DNA from: Nemertoderma westbladi
Taxonomy: Eukaryota > Animalia > Xenacoelomorpha
NCBI GenBank assembly: GCA_032718475.1
Contig: JAUCBJ010003225.1
Span: 32,801 to 96,800 of the forward strand
Direction: 5' to 3'
DNA length: 64,000 nt
Made by a program: the position numbers and the translations under genes. Numbering within the stretch: position 1 is the first letter of the stretch; each line of letters opens with the position of its first letter. Positions 1 to 15,076 of this stretch are shown one piece after another. The notes beneath the pieces are model-generated. The model had not been told where the DNA came from. It saw only the letters and a list, made by a program, of their open reading frames with translations, and searched no databases.

Positions 1-2137
1 ACATTACACCACCCCATATGGTTACTGGGCAGCAACCACCCGCACTATTCTGTCAGTTACTCAACTAGATCACTTGTATTATTTTCAAACAAATAAATAT
101 AGCTGGAAACCTACCTTACCATTCCTACAAACTTCTAAACCACAGACAAGCTTCAAGGCTTATAGACAGACACCAGTCGATATTATTATAAACAGATGAT
201 AAATAAAATACCATTCTCAACGTCTCAAACTTTTCAGGTATTTTCGATCCGGATGTGCCGAATTACCATTGGTACTGGGAAGTAATTCCAATATGTTATT
301 AATAGAGATCCTCATGTAGACTGTTTACTACTGCGGGAATCATCTCCATAATTCATTCCAAAATCGGAAGCAAAATGTTTTGTTTGACATTTTCCTACGT
401 TGTCTGGCATTGGTATTGGTATATGCTAACTTTTTTAACTGGTAATACTACAATTTAACTCTAATAATAAGTATACTATATAATTAAACTTAATAAACCT
501 TATGATTCTAACATTGTAAATATTATGCAAATAAGTATTCAGGCAACGTCTATGAAGTATCTAGCTGTTTTCTTGAATTCCCATAGGTCCTCATATTTCC
601 TGCGGTTTTTCCTTAAACATATCTATCCCCTGTGGCCTCATTAGGCCATTGTGATAGTTTGTGCCTAACCAACCAAAGCACGTATACCATAAAAACAACG
701 TATTAGATAGAATGTCAACTCTCGGTCAGTGCTCAGCATTTAATATAAGATATAAAAACATAAATAAATAATTACTGTATAAGTATGGACTACCGAACTT
801 AGCCACAGGGGATTTTGGGTGAGCCCGTACATATTTCTGCATTATATAATATACACTATATGGTGTCTCGCAACATTAGAAATTTGATACGTTTTCATTT
901 TTTAATAACTCACCGAAATTTAAAAGATAATACGCTTTCATGGTCTCATGTGAAAGCCAGGAGATGGACAAGGTTAGCTTAAAATTAAAGTGGCTAGCAC
1001 GTACAAGCAACCTCGGCCGACACCACAACCCAAGCTTGCACATTTGACCCGTCGAATCGACGTCGATAAATGGAAATATAAGATTGTTGCAGTAAATTTG
1101 CTACCGAGCATAATACATAAGAATCACTAATGCAGTTCCTTCTTCAAATGCAGCCTACAGTATAAAAGACGACTACTGTAGTATGCTATATACATTAAAT
1201 AAATTTTACATAAATCAACATATCAAACAAATTAAATTTGAATTTCCCACGACTCTGTTACAGTTTGAATGAGTGCATTTACAACTCATTGGGACACTGG
1301 GAAGTGAAAATAACATTTAAAAATCGCAACCTATGTAAATAATGTAAAATTTACCAAGAGCTTCAGAGCTCCTGGGGCCAATAAAATGTTATCATAAAAC
1401 TGAATTACCACACCTTATACATATACATGCCAATTTTCACTCCACCCAACCTATACCACCACTGCAACTCTTACACAACAGTATGAAACTCGCTGCAGAA
1501 TAACTGAAGCGAAAGTTTTGCTTGAAAATAGCTCTTTTTTCAAGTAACTGTATATTATGTGATAAACGCTCTCCGTACAGTACCGGTATCATTAAACAGG
1601 ACATAACTGTCCTTTCCAATGCTGTAGCTTTTATTAGTACATCGACCCAGAAGTTAAGGGCGATACGTTTGGGTCATTAGGCGTTAGGGCAACTATTTCA
1701 CAAGTGGCAGTGGGTTATATCTAGATGGGGAGTTTTTGTCTGTTGCCAATTTAATATTAATGCTTCAAAATCATCGAATTTATTTTCGTCAAGAAATATG
1801 ATATTTTCATTATGTAATTTTAGTTCATGCTATGCGAATGCTATGAATGATTACAAATGTGTTAGTAGGTTGGCTTCCTGTTACTAGATCCACGAACAGC
1901 ATTGCATCATTAACATGACTTGTCATGTTGCCTGTCAGGGTAATTATTAATACATAAAACGAACAAAAACATTAAATTATCGTTGACATGAGATATCGAT
2001 GTCCTTACATATTATAGGTACAAGTGAAAGAAAATTGATGCTTTATTTATGTTTTGATGAGTTGAATTATGATAATTCTTGAAATGTACAGTATGTACGT
2101 TGGTATATAGTAAATATACTTCTAAGTTGGGATAATT

Positions 2138-2463
2138 GCACTCTTAATAATTATCAAGAGCGCACTTGATAATTCTTGATTTGGTGGGAAGTTCAAATGC
2201 ATAAGTGAGGTAACGGTTTAGGGTGGTACCGGTATGCTAATTTATTATAAATCTGTTACCGATCTGCCGGTCTAGATAATGATGAGATCAAGCATTTTGA
2301 AGTTCCCGCCAAAGCAGTTCAACCAATCAAATCAAGAATTATCTTGTGTGCTCTTAATAATTATTAAGAGCGCTCTTAATAATTATTAAGAGCGCTTTTA
2401 ATAATTATCTAGAGCGCTCTAGATAAAATTATTTTTTCAAAATGTCCCTTTAGGGGCACCGTA
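2138..2463. mobile_element. Right part of a non-autonomous IS3EU-type (TAYGG...CCRTA) DNA transposon with ~20-bp internal repeats
   Basis: Ends in ...TGTCCCTTTAGGGGCACCGTA (2463), preceded by CTCTTAATAATTATTAAGAGCG-type repeats (2138-2175, 2340-2425). No left TIR seen. Confidence 0.55.
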
Positions 2464-2793
2464 CACACCACAAATTATGTATTACCCCACAGGTTTAGAA
2501 TATATTGCCAGCCCATAAGTTTTCATTACTCTGTTTCTATTTTGCGCCTCACTCCCACAGAAAACAATGTCTATATTATAAAGGGTGAAAGACGAAGAAC
2601 ATTGACAATCTCCAGTGAAAACACCAACACCAGAATTGTTGTCCCAATCTTGGAACTTTTTCCCTTAATCAGAACTGTCATGCAACCATAACCCAGAGTC
2701 ATAATCTCAGAAATAAATTGGCTTAATTTTAGAATTACTGTATATGGCAATTTAATCAGGTTCTCACCAATAAACCCTTCCCTAATAATAAAC

Positions 2794-2885
2794 TACGGAG
2801 CCCCTAAAGGGATTTTTTGAAAAAAAAAATTATAAGATAAATTTTTTTTCTACTAAATTTCTACTGTCCACTTAGGGGCTCCGTA
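2794..2885. mobile_element. 92-bp mini-MITE, IS3EU-type termini
   Basis: Perfect 14-bp TIRs TACGGAGCCCCTAA / TTAGGGGCTCCGTA; same terminal motif as at 2450-2463. No matching TSD. Confidence 0.6.
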
Positions 2886-4613
2886 AGGTGTGATATTTAA
2901 ATAGATTTATTTAAACATTATTTAAAAACTATAACAATACATCAATTAATTATTGTCCAACATAACATGATTATTGATTGCCCATTAAGCTTTCCAGCTT
3001 ATTTACATGGGGGTCGTCTCCTTTTTGAAACATTGCCAGAAGTGGTGCCAATATGTGGTGAGCTATACAAACCATAAAAATACTTAATATATAAACACTG
3101 ACTACGACCTAGAAAAAAGGTTCGAAATAATTTTAGTAATAACTAAAATAAACTTCCAGGAATTTTGGATTCATTCATTCATTTAATTAACGTGCAAGAA
3201 ACACATAATTTACCATGAACCCAATGGACTTTAGTCTTTGATGTACTTCTTTGAAATTTTAGTTAGCGAAGTAAAATAGATTACCTGTTACAAGCTTTAT
3301 CAATATGCATAGATTGTTGATAGTAAACTGATGCGTTTAACTTTTTCTCAACGTTTTCCGATTCAATGTTCCATCTTGCGGTCGCATAAACGAGTTTTTA
3401 ATTGGATATCGGACGACTTGCTGATCCTATGTTTTGCATTAAAGAGCTCAGACTGCATTTCCTTGATCCCGTTAGCTGTGATTCCTAATCTCGGAGACTT
3501 TCCATGAATGTTATCTAGAATAGGGCTGAATTAGTGAAAATGGTATCTCTGTTTCTACCCGCAGGGTAACAAAGCAGATATATCCATCCAGCTTATCGAA
3601 TCCGGTGTGTAAGTTGAGAGAAAAGATTGGTTTTTTTTGCGAAAATAATTGGTACTTTATTTTGCAGGGCTGTTTTTGCTAGCCATCCTATAATTTCCAG
3701 TTTATCAAGGGTTAGGTTACTACTTGAAATTTTAACAGTTAATTAATTTAATCTCCTAGACTGTCTGGAATAAGACTTAATAGGGATTGAATATCAATGG
3801 CCATTAATCCCTGGAACGGGATTGGATTACACTAAGACATCCATCCCTTAATCAAAGTACCACTAATTTACTTTCGTATTTCAACAAATGGAAATATTTC
3901 CTAAAAAAATTAAAATGTAAGGTTTACATATTTATAGTTTGATTTACCTACTTTCATGAAAAATTAAATATTCTGTGAAGCCAAATGAATAATTTGTCTC
4001 AAGCGTGTCTGTTCTACGATTGTCCAATGGCTAAACTATAGATTACATTATATAGTATATATCTATATATATAATAAACATTAACGTAAAATGTCGAAAT
4101 TTTACGATATTATTATTTTATGAACGACAGACTTAATTTTACCCATATTAGGAATGATAAACAATTTTAATGGCCTATGAGAAATCGTCAGATCGTCAAT
4201 GCATTATCAGCAGTTTTGAAATTGTTGTGATGAAAAAAGTGTTTAGAATTTCGGTATAATATTTTTAGATAACAACGGAGAAGTTACAGCAAGAAATTGA
4301 CAGAGTATTGATATTGAATAATTTAGGGATAAATTAAGGGTCTTCCCCAATTGCAAACGAGTTTGAAAGTTGTTGAATGAGTACCAAGAAAATTTGTTAC
4401 TTTTGCAGCGAAAATGTAGTCTCTGATGTAACATGTATCCTACAGTATTTTAGTCTACAGTACTTCAAATATCACTAAATTGCTGTAGAGTCCAGTTCCG
4501 TCATTGTACTGTCCCCAAACCGCGCCTATCAATCAGCCTTTTATTTACTTCAGTTATGAATAAATCAACAATTAATTTTTATATGTAAATCGTACGATAT
4601 TTTTTACATTTAG

Positions 4614-4781
4614 ATGAGATATCTGCAGTATACCTTTGTGCTGATCACACTTCAGTATGTGATACCTGTGACCTTCCTAATTTTTGCCTATGGTCGAATT
4701 ATATGGACACTATGGAGACGACAGACACCAGGCGAGAGTGAAATTGCAAGAGACCAGAGACAGGTTCACACAAAACTTAAG
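4614..4781 (+). CDS. Class A neuropeptide GPCR (RYamide/luqin-receptor-like), exon encoding TM5-ICL3
   Basis: tttag|ATG...AAG|gttagt, 168 nt, phase 0/0. YTFVLITLQYVIPVTFLIFAYGRIIWTLWRRQTPGESEIARDQR resembles the LQY.P...AY..I and PGE....RDQR motifs of RYamide receptors. The ATG is internal; TM1-4 exons were not found in the window. Confidence 0.9.
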
Positions 4782-4840
4782 GTTAGTGAATGTATAACAT
4801 TGTGAGAGAGACATGGACGACCTGTTCAAATATATACTAC

Positions 4841-6710
4841 ATCGGCGAATTTAATATTTCGTCTAGCGACATCATTGGGAAAAGAACAGATTGAAGGACA
4901 GGCTTTTCTTACCAAAACATAACAATAATCGAGTCAATAGTACAGGTTACAGCTTCATTTTGACTATTTTATTTTCAACTTGATGGTATTTGCTTAGATT
5001 TTCCCGTTGGTAAGGATTTGATTGTGTAAAGTCCCCCCCCCCCCCCCCCCCCCCATCAGAATATTGTTGTTTCATGATAATAAGTTATTTACTTTTAAAC
5101 AGAATGTATTTAAATTGCTATTTCACAAATTAAGAAATGTATTCTTCAGTAAATTATGAAAGAAAATATTTTCAACGACTTTCTGACTGAAATGATGTGA
5201 CAAATAACTTATTGTGCAGGTTTGCGAAATATTTATTCATAAAATCAATATAAACAATTTCAATGTTCAATGAATTTGATCTCGTAATCCTGTATAATCC
5301 CAGATGATCTTTTGACGTTTTGTATTTCACCATTAAACTGACTACCTACCTACCTACATTGTACGGCAGACATTGCACTTACACAACTATACTCATAGAC
5401 TGTAGAGGATAATCTACAATTTTATAAAATTAATGTTTAATAACAATCAGCAAATTTTTAGAGTCAAAATAGGCTGGGTAACGCCAGACTTCCATTCTGG
5501 AGGTTATGAGTTCGATCCCACCTGGACGTCATCCACCGAATTTGCTAGGTGGTGCCCAACGAAGATTTCAATAATATTAAACTACTCATCCACCAAAAAT
5601 ACCAAAAATAATTACAAAAATATGATGCGATGGCGTAATGTTTGTCACTTTTGTGCGAGAACTTACTTATATGCCATATACAATTGTATACTGTACATAA
5701 AGTGGGGTAGTATGTAGTGGCGTAGTATGCCGAAATAATATAGATTTTGTTTTGGGGGATAGCAAAAAGTCTAAATTACGACCCCCCCCCCCCCCCTTAA
5801 TGCAGTGCCAAGCAAGAGTTCATGACCCCAACGTCAAGGAGGGCCTTACAAAGTACAGTATGTGAATAATTGAATGGGATAATCTTTTAGGCTCGTTAAG
5901 CAAGGAATGCCTGATCACCACCATGGCTGATCTTCCACAGTAAACCCTTCCACTCTGTTTGCCAAGTTGCCTTGGTTCCCATATATCGACCACTGAAGGA
6001 TGAAAGCCGGGGTTGGGCTAGGCTGCAGCATTTAAAGCACTGTGCCCAAACAGTGCTGCTCAATCTAGGGATCGAACCCGGGCTCCCTAATCGGAAGCAC
6101 AGAAATCTCACCACTAGACCAAGCCTAGCTAAATGTGAATAATTGAATATGAATTTTTTTTTATAAACATACAATAATTAAATAAATATTTGGAAAAACA
6201 TCGAAGTATTAATTGATATTATTAACCTTAATGTAAGGCTGTGGTTTGTCATATGTAACATATATCGTATAAAAGGTTTAAAAAAATACTCAAAAAACAA
6301 GCCAAGAAATGTGTTTCTTTCGGAACACTTTCTGTGTCTTCTGAAACAACTGTAAAATAATACACCCATACCTAGTTCCTCCATACATATAGGTAGCTGA
6401 CATGGAATTTCTGTTTTCTTCAAATCCTTCCTGTTCTGTGCCATATAATTATTTCACACATTTTATGCCAAATCACATAAGGGGAGGGGGGGGGGGGGGG
6501 GGGGGGGATTTCGACACAATCTAAATTCATCCCTCTCCAGGGGAAAATCAAAATCGACGCAAATTACAGCTGATTAATATCAAAAATAAAACTGTTACCT
6601 GTTCTATTGACTTTCGTTTATTGTTTTGGTTAGAATAACGTGCCACTGTAACCTACTCCATTCCCTTAATTGTTAATTTAACATTGGGGCGCGATATTAA
6701 TTCGCCGAGG
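4841..6710. mobile_element. Foldback/MITE-like element with ~200-bp degenerate inverted arms ending in poly-C / poly-G
   Basis: 4841-5055 (TCGGCGAATT...GTCAATAGTACAGGTTACAG...polyC) is the approximate reverse complement of 6481-6710 (polyG...CTGTTACCTGTTCTATTGAC...AATTCGCCGA). A third arm copy lies at ~9990-10120. Confidence 0.55.
5900..6130 (-). mobile_element. tRNA-derived SINE with Nin/Deu-like central domain
   Basis: Minus strand: A box TGGTCTAGTGG, B box GGTTCGATCCC, then GGCTTTCATCCTTCAGTGGTCGATATATGGGAACCA resembling the Nin/Deu core. Homologous copy at 21554-22015. Confidence 0.75.
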
Positions 6711-9161
6711 CGAATTAATCGTCCCCCCCTATCTCGCTAAATAATATGATATAATAATAGCTTTGAGTCAAGCAGAAATAATGATACAAGCGTATAGGCA
6801 ATTTAAATTTGATGGTTTTTGTCTGTAATTCTGTGTCAGAAATTCGTAAGTCCATATTGTCCAAGTAGCTAAATTATTTTACTGGTTAAAACAAGCGAAG
6901 ATAAAAGCTTTAATTTGTTATTCTAATTTCTTCGACCTTGTCTAAAGAGCAGTAAGCACAGCTTAGGAATGTTATGGAAAGGCCAGTGACCCAGTTAAAA
7001 ATAGGCATGCGATTCACATAAGAGCAATGTATGGGTAACTAGCGTGATTCATACAAATCTGACCGACGCTTTACAATGCAAACTACTTGACCACTCATTC
7101 ACACTAATATCGTGATAATTTGGTTCATTTACTTTAAACTCACATGTCATTCACTATTGGCGGAATTTATTATACGTTTTCCTGATATATGGCAGAAATA
7201 TCCCGTTATATATGTCTATATTAAATTCCACTAATTTAAACATTAGATACATAATCTTGATCGATACATCTTTCCAAGATTTAATCATATTTATTGTAGC
7301 ACACTTGTTTTCGATTTAAAATTTATCACATTGCGGATCTTCAAAGACGACCAGTTTGTATTTCTTACTAAATGTTCACACATGAGCCTCATGTAGTAAC
7401 ACTGCCAAATGTTCAAATTTGTTTACTCGCGCGAATTTGTCCATATTCCGTTCTCAACCTATAAACAAACAGTCCGAAGACTTTGTAGCGAAATCTTGCT
7501 AGAATACTGTTTGCATGTAGGCCCCTCCCTACATTTCAAATCGTGAATTCGCTGAGTATAGGGCACTCCAAAATGGTTGCGATTATATTATAAATTTTAT
7601 TCTATTATTTTGTGATACATTACTAATACGCTGCCTTACATAAGCTTTACGCAAGCTTAGATATGCTTTTCATAAATTGACTTATACACAAATATGTAAT
7701 GTTAACCTGTGTGCATTAGTTATCTTCAACTCACGAGACGATATCCCTCACAATTGGAGAAAAGCTCAACAATATGCCACTTTTAACCGTGTCATCTGAG
7801 TTGTCTGGTCTTGAGGACACACACATACATGGGAAGTAAACTAAGTTGTGGATCTGCTCGCAGCAAGCCATAGCTAAATAAACGAAAGACCTGGAGCTGC
7901 TTGACCAAAGGCTACATTTTCCGGATGTTGCCATTTCTATTCTCGGCTGCATGGCTCAGAAACTCCAAGAGTTTTCATAGTTCGAAATTCAGAGCCCGGA
8001 TCAAAGATCAAAGTACACTGCACCGGTAGTAGTGTGACAAGAACACGATGTGCAATACATCTTCCTCCATCATTTGCCACCATCTGCCACCGAGTTGCTA
8101 ATTATCCTAGTTATTTTATTTTAAAAATATCACCGTCATTTGAGAAGAACAGAATATATTTTTATTTTTGTGGAAATTCACTGAACTGTAAGCAGGATTT
8201 GGGATTAATAAATTATATCAAAAGTGGTTTCAGAAACAATATTAATCTTAGTATATAATGCAATCAGGGATTGTACCAAACAACTTGTGTAAAATAACAA
8301 TCTATTCGAATAAAATAAAATTGTGTTACCTTGTGAATCCAATGGTTTTATCACTATAATTATTAATGAGCCAAAAGAGAGACGCATGCCGTATTATTAT
8401 CTATCACATGCAATACCTTTTTTCGCTCAGGAGTTTGCAAAACTTCCAAAAATATTGGTCAGCATTATTCAGAATTTTTATTATCTTTAATTCGTTCAGT
8501 TTTGCTTATATTTTACGTGTATATCTTTATTTTATATCAATCACTGTATTAAAATCCTATTGTCAGAAAATCAAAGATATTAACACCTTGGTCTAAACTC
8601 CTGCAAGGGATTAAATGCTGGAAAGAAATCTAGGATCGAAATCCATTGAGTAAATTAATGGCAGTAATGCTGGTTGGTGGCAGTTAGGAGGTAGCTGGGG
8701 GCGATCATTCCCCATGTGAATGCCGCAACGTGTGATTATAGTGCATGCTGATACGTAATGATTTATGTGTTTCATGGGTGCCTGTGCAGAGAACTAGTTA
8801 TCATGACTTTAGTATGTTATCAAAAAGCGTGGACCTTAATGAGACGCCCATTTGACACCTCATTTATCCTTCCTACTTTTCTGATGATCACCAATTTTAA
8901 TGTCAAATCAATCCCATGAGTGAGTGAGTATATGGATGCTTACATACAAAACGTGCTAATATACATATCATAAACTGCTGGGATCCTACCTTACCATGCG
9001 ATGACTGCCTGATTGCTTGCTATGGCAGCTTGATTGCTTTTTTATGATTGCTTGAGTGATGCTATAATTGTGTAATTGGATCGACTGCTTGCGATGATTG
9101 CTATAAAATTGACCATAGCATTCTAGAATCAATGTCTTATAGTCACGGACTACTGAAGCAA

Positions 9162-10800
9162 GGACCGGCACACTGTAAGTCCAGACTTTGCTAGCGAAGG
9201 CCATGTTTCATGTTTATGTTTCCGGTAACCAGTTGAACTGATACATACTTCTCATCCTGGGTTAAAAATATGGAGAATCTATTTTTGTTATTCGTTTTTC
9301 AATTACATGTTGCTTTCATGTATTATTTTCTATATTTTAATGTTTCTTAATAATGTAGACTAGCTGTATACAGGTATAGGCTGATAGGCCTCGTTCTATA
9401 GTTCAGGTAACCCACCGAAGCGGCATAGCACTCACTGGCTGACGTAGTCTGTAGTAGTTATATTTTGCCATACAACCGTTTACCAGACAGCCAGAACGAG
9501 ACCACTGGATTGCCGCATTGCCAATGCGACTCGGCGATGACTGGGTGATGGTTCGCCTTTCATCTAAGAGAAGAAAGCGGTCATCTGTATCACCCACTGG
9601 CGAGAGTTTCCCCGAGGATGTTCCACACATCAAGTGCGCACTACTGTACTATGTTCCAATATTTATGTTTCCGCAGTGAATTCCGCTAGTGATCGCTTGT
9701 TGTTGCGTCACTGCCTGGGACCAAATAACCAACTGTTCCGAAAAGAGACACAGATCCCCGAAGCGCTATAGGGTACCTCCAGAAGGCCCACGAACATATT
9801 TTGAAGGTCGTCGACTCTGGTACCAGAGTCAGTTGGAGTTTATGACTCGCCAACTTGAACTAAATTGTTCGAAGACATTTTCACAGGTTGATCAAATGAT
9901 CACAATCCAAGGTTATCCATTAAGTTACAGTACCGGATTCTGTGGACTATTGCAATATCGCCTTCATAGAACAAAATCTGACCTTTCCCAAAAATAAAAC
10001 TGTAACCAGTTTTATTGACTTTAGTTTATTATTTTGGTTATAATAACGTACCACTGTATACTGCTCCTTTCACAAAATTGAGAATATAACATTAAGGCGG
10101 GTTATTAATTCACCGAGATGAAATTTGCATCCAGGTTCCCCCCTTGTCTCGCCTGAGCACAGAGAGACTACAAAACTGACACACATTTCTCTACAGAAGA
10201 GTCACACTATTTCCTATTTTATGTTAAATTTTCAGGATTGTTACTTAATCTATTTAATTAATGAAGAGCCCATACCAGAACCATTGATATGTTTACACGC
10301 TGGAGTGGGGTATATTGGGTCAGCAATAGTAATTAATAATAAATTAAATAAGGTAATATAAATAAGTTAATATAAATAAAGTAATAACATAAAGTACCCG
10401 ATGGTAATAATAAGTATGGTATTAATATAAGTGATAATATAAAATAGCCAATCATAAATAGGCCTATAAATAAAGTAGTTATAAATTAATGAAATGCATC
10501 TTTAATGATCTTAAAACAAATAATAAAAAAAATAATAGGCCCTACATAGAAACTAAATAACGTCACCTGATAATGTAGGACTTCAAAAGGACACAACGAA
10601 AGGAACTAGGCCTAAATAATTTATAAACACAAAAAAATATAGAAAACAATTCATGAAAGCAACAGATAATTGAAAAACTAATACCAGAAATAGATTCTCC
10701 ATAACTTTTTTCCCAGGATGAGTATGTTTAACATTCAAACTGGTTACAAATACAACATGGCCTTCGCTAGCGAAGTCTGGATTTACCCTATGCCAGTCCT
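9162..10800. mobile_element. Non-autonomous TIR element (~1.6 kb)
   Basis: GGACCGGCACACTGTAAGTCCAGACTTTGCTAGCGAAGGCCATGTT (9162-9207) is inverted at 10754-10799. No coding capacity and no clear TSD. Confidence 0.6.
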
Positions 10801-11084
10801 GTAGTCTTTGCTTCTAGTTAAAGAAAATTTTTTATAGGCTTCCTCAAGCTCAGAAAAACCGAGTTCCGCAAGAAAGACTCTCGCTGAGGAATGGCTCTCG
10901 GGCTCTCCCTTCCAATCAGTTTGTCCTAAGAATTGTTTGTAGTGGTAATACAAGGCATTGGATACGCATTGGACGCAATTGAGCAATTTGTTGTTGCCTG
11001 ACATTGTACCTATGACATGGTACTTATGAGCATGTATGTGCAATCAACTTTATGTGATCCCCTAGAAGCATTGTGTTGGTGTTG

Positions 11085-11640
11085 ATGGGCAGCCTTGAAT
11101 AGGCTTTCCAGGATTTGGAAGTCACCGAGAATTAATCGGAAACTTAAGATCCGATTATTTAGAGCAGCAGTAGTTCCAGTACTCCTCTACGGGAGTCCAT
11201 GCTGGGCTCTAACTGCTGAGGACACCAAATCTCTGGATGGCACATTCACAAGAATGCTACGTCGGGCTCATTGTGTTAAGTACAATGCACACATCTCCAA
11301 CCAGACACTATATAACATTGGAGGTGTCTCATTGGTTCCCCCACGCTTGACACTAGAACAAAATCGCCTCCGCTTTGCAGGACATTGCTTTCGCCGTGAG
11401 GACCAGCCAGTGCATAATCTTGTACTTTGGCAGCCTCATGGAGTGAATAAGCATGGTGGACAGCCCATGACTTTCTTGAGACGCATCTTAAAGGACACTG
11501 GCCTTAAAGATGCGGATGATCTAGCAAATGTCATGGGTGATAGGGAGTTGTGGCGGTGCAATTTTGTTGACAAGCCGGCACAGCATTCCTAAAAATGCAG
11601 CTGCAATGCAGCACGCCGATCCTAGTAGTAGTAGTAGTAG
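11085..11640 (+). mobile_element. 5'-truncated RTE-clade LINE (3' end of ORF plus (TAG)n tail)
   Basis: ORF 11095-11592 with KIRLFRAAVVPVLLYG...W and RLRFAGHCFR; tail CCTAGTAGTAG; 11-bp TSD GTGTTGGTGTT (11073-11083 / 11640-11650). Confidence 0.93.
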
Positions 11641-14600
11641 TGTTGGTGTTACGCTGTTGCTCGTTTTGGAATTTCCTTTCATTTTCTTGGTTCTCCTTGC
11701 TATTATGGCTTGCTATGGTTGGTTACCTGGCTATTTGCTATTATTGTTTGATTGCCTGCTACGTTTACTTTACCTGCGTAACCTTACAAATCCGTAACCT
11801 GTTTTGGTTTTCGATGAGAACCGGCTACAACTTTTACTAATCTTTGTTTCTATCTTGAATTATTGAACTGAATATTGTTGGATATTTTTAAAAACGACCT
11901 TTCGAATATTCTTTATATATTTTTATGACAGCTAAATATTTTTATTTTATATATATTAAATTGAATCATGATATAACTGATCTTCTAGATGGTAGTTCTC
12001 ATTAAGCTAAAAAAGCGGTAGCGTTCTCATTACCAACTTAGCTTACGTTATTATGTGCCATGCCTATCTATGTAAACTTAAGCTAACGTAACTTATTGAA
12101 TTGAATTTGAAAGGCATCTGCTAAATATATTCAAAATAAATATTAAAGGTTTTGTAATATGGGGATATTTGAAAGTCTTCAACTTATTTTTCTGCTATAA
12201 ATTATCCTGCTTTTATTTGTGTTATTATTTTGTGTTATTGTTTATTTGTATTATTTGTGTTGTATTATTATGTTATTTTATGAATTATTCATCTGTATTA
12301 TACAAGAATGCCATTGTCGTATGGTTTAGTAATACCCCCATTAAAATTAAAGCAACTAAATTAATTCGATAATCACTTTCAGCAACATCAACTGTTAGAA
12401 ATAAACAAGGAACGATTGTCCTACACGACTACAGTATTTCCACGACACAATCTCTATTCTCATTTTGAACTACCCTGCTCCAAAACCGTAAGGGGGTGGG
12501 TGGGTGCACTGGTTTAATAAGCAAACATTTATCAGTATATCTCCATCGGTTTTACATGGGGTAATGTTAACACCATCGTACCGTACATCCCATAAACCAT
12601 GCTGAACGGCTTGATATGTATGATAAAGATAATTGCCCGTCCAAGGGTTAAAGGGTGACAACACGGTCCATTAGCGTGACATAGCCTAGGTGAACGTAGT
12701 ACATTAACGATATCCTAAAATACCGGTGAAGAGAAATGTAAGAGGGGAGATTAGTGGCTAATTCCTACTAATTCGGGGACTAACTGTGTGTGACCAACTC
12801 TAAAAGTTGTATCGTTTTTATTAACATGAGAACATAAACTGCATTCTGGTGAAAAGTTATGAGAGTGAGAAAAGGAGAAAACTTATAGGTGAGTGAGGCA
12901 TTGGCATTAATGATCACAGAACAAGTTGTTCAATTTATTTTGTGTTCTTTGAAGCAGGTTTGATCGTGAGTTTGCATAATTGATTACGTTTTTAAACAAA
13001 TCAGACATCCGCTAATATTCTTTGAAGAATTTTATTTTCATTCAGTGAGTACAATATATCTAATTTGAGGCATTCTGTGGAATATATCAGTATTTGAGGC
13101 TTGCGCTGCCCCAGGATTGTGGAAACGGGACCTGATTCATTAAAACAACGAACGAGAGTTTTCCCTTCCTATACTGAGTGGAGCTTGCCTTAGGGTAGTA
13201 GATCAATCCCTAGTAGTTTGGTTATCGAGAAGGTCGTATTTAATTGGCAGTATCGCCTGAAGAACTATGACCTCGGAGTAAATAAAAAAATATTAAAAAT
13301 ATTGGATTCCATCTGATATTGGGACTACTAAAAGATAATATTATAAATTTTATGACAATTATATTTCTTTATTACAACAAAGCGTTATGTGTTAAAAATA
13401 ATTTAAAATTAATAATTAAAAGTTATTAAATTAAAAATAAATATATATTAAAATTTATATAAATCAGCCTGATTGGGGTCGTCCCCATGTCGCAGTTCCA
13501 CTATAATTATAATTTGTAGTTGAGGTGAGCGGCTAGTTGTAGTGGTGTTAGATTATAAATTTTATACAAAACCAACACTATCGAACTCTTGGCTCAAACT
13601 GATGCAGTTCGCGAGATCATTTGATTTCTTCCGACTTGTTAAAAAAATATTTTTAATTAAATTTAGTTCCTTTTACAATGTTGAGTGGATTGAAGAGTTA
13701 TTTTATTAACTGCAGTTGTCATATCTCAGCATCCATTAAGTAAAGTGATGAAACGTGTCCGTGTGGTGCTCAGGTGCACAGGAAACAGAGAGATGTCACA
13801 AAGTTCCGCGGTACAAGTACCGGGGTGTCCTTAGAGTAAAACAACCCTTATCTATAGGTCAGTGTATTAACTTAATTAAATACGGGAACCCCTTATACAC
13901 ATAGCAATACAGTGCATTAATTAATGCGCTGAACTTTCAATCATATTTAAGCGCACAACTGTATACATCAATCTTCCAACAGCCCAAATCATTTCACATT
14001 TATTACTAAATAACGGTTGGGAATTGGGGAAAGAAAAGGTTTCGATAGTTACAGAGTGTTAAACCTTGGGAGTTAAATGGCGCCTTCTATGTACTTCAGG
14101 TAACAGCAAATATATTGTAGCCTTCGGGTGGCATCAAGTGTTTGTTATTCACGGAGAATTTAAGAATATCTTTTAACATCAGCAAAGTATATGCCATAAC
14201 AAAATAAATTTATAAAACACTTTACGTAACCACAATTTTAGATTGTAATTGAGTACAATAAGATGCAGCTAAAGATATTCCTGTTAAGTAATGATGAATA
14301 GGAAAAATTCCAAATTTAATTTAAACCTTTTACGGTGTTTACTTAGGGTGTGCTGAGCGAGGTGTACATTTGGGATTACCAATTTAGAGCAGTACATGTG
14401 TTAAATTACTGATGATCAATATTTTCACAGTTTTCCGTGTATTTTACAGTGTTTTTCCTATGTTTTCCTAGTATTTATTTAATTTAAGAAGTCAATATCG
14501 TTTGTTCTACAACTAACTCTACTTGTTGCAATCAGGTTGCCTATTTCTTATCTTTTCATCTTCCTCTATCAGCAAATGTATAGAAATCGAGTATCGAGAA

Positions 14601-15076
14601 ATCGATCGAGTTTTGTATTTAGATTGATAATAGAAATTTATTGATTCCTCCATCATGCGAGATGACCTAATATTAGCAAACAAAATACATCATACAAAAT
14701 CGGACTTTGTCCTGTAGAGGTAAACATACATTATCTGCACTACATAGACAGACATCAAAACATATGTTGATGTGCTATTTAATTAGGCCACATAATGTGT
14801 GGAATGCTCATTCAATCTATTCATTTATTCAATTGCCTATTGTATTCAGCAGCACGATAAAATCTGAGGCGAGAATAAATATTCCTAATAAAACGAAATT
14901 AGACATTTTGGTGGCCAAGTTGTCGGATTTCATTATAATGTTTCATCTCAATTGACTAGGGATCATCCTGTTATTACGTCAGCATTTTTCGCCCGATTTC
15001 TTAGACTTGCCTACCTAATAGTTATTAGGTCGCCATCAGGAGCCTGAGACCAGTCTTGCCTATCGAAAATTACTAT

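Noticed and set aside
3565-3608. 44-nt segment with good-looking splice sites (cccgcag| ... |gtaagt), possible ECL2 exon
   Set aside because: No recognisable receptor motif, and no linking exon found to make the phase fit 4614.
7731-7952. Faint hAT-like LWSS motif in a 73-aa ORF
   Set aside because: Too short, with no further catalytic motifs or TIRs identified.
11528-11840. Hydrophobic ORFs that could be the GPCR TM6 exon
   Set aside because: They start in the LINE tail and run into T-rich flank; the real TM6 exon with CWLP and correct phases is at 19613-19713.
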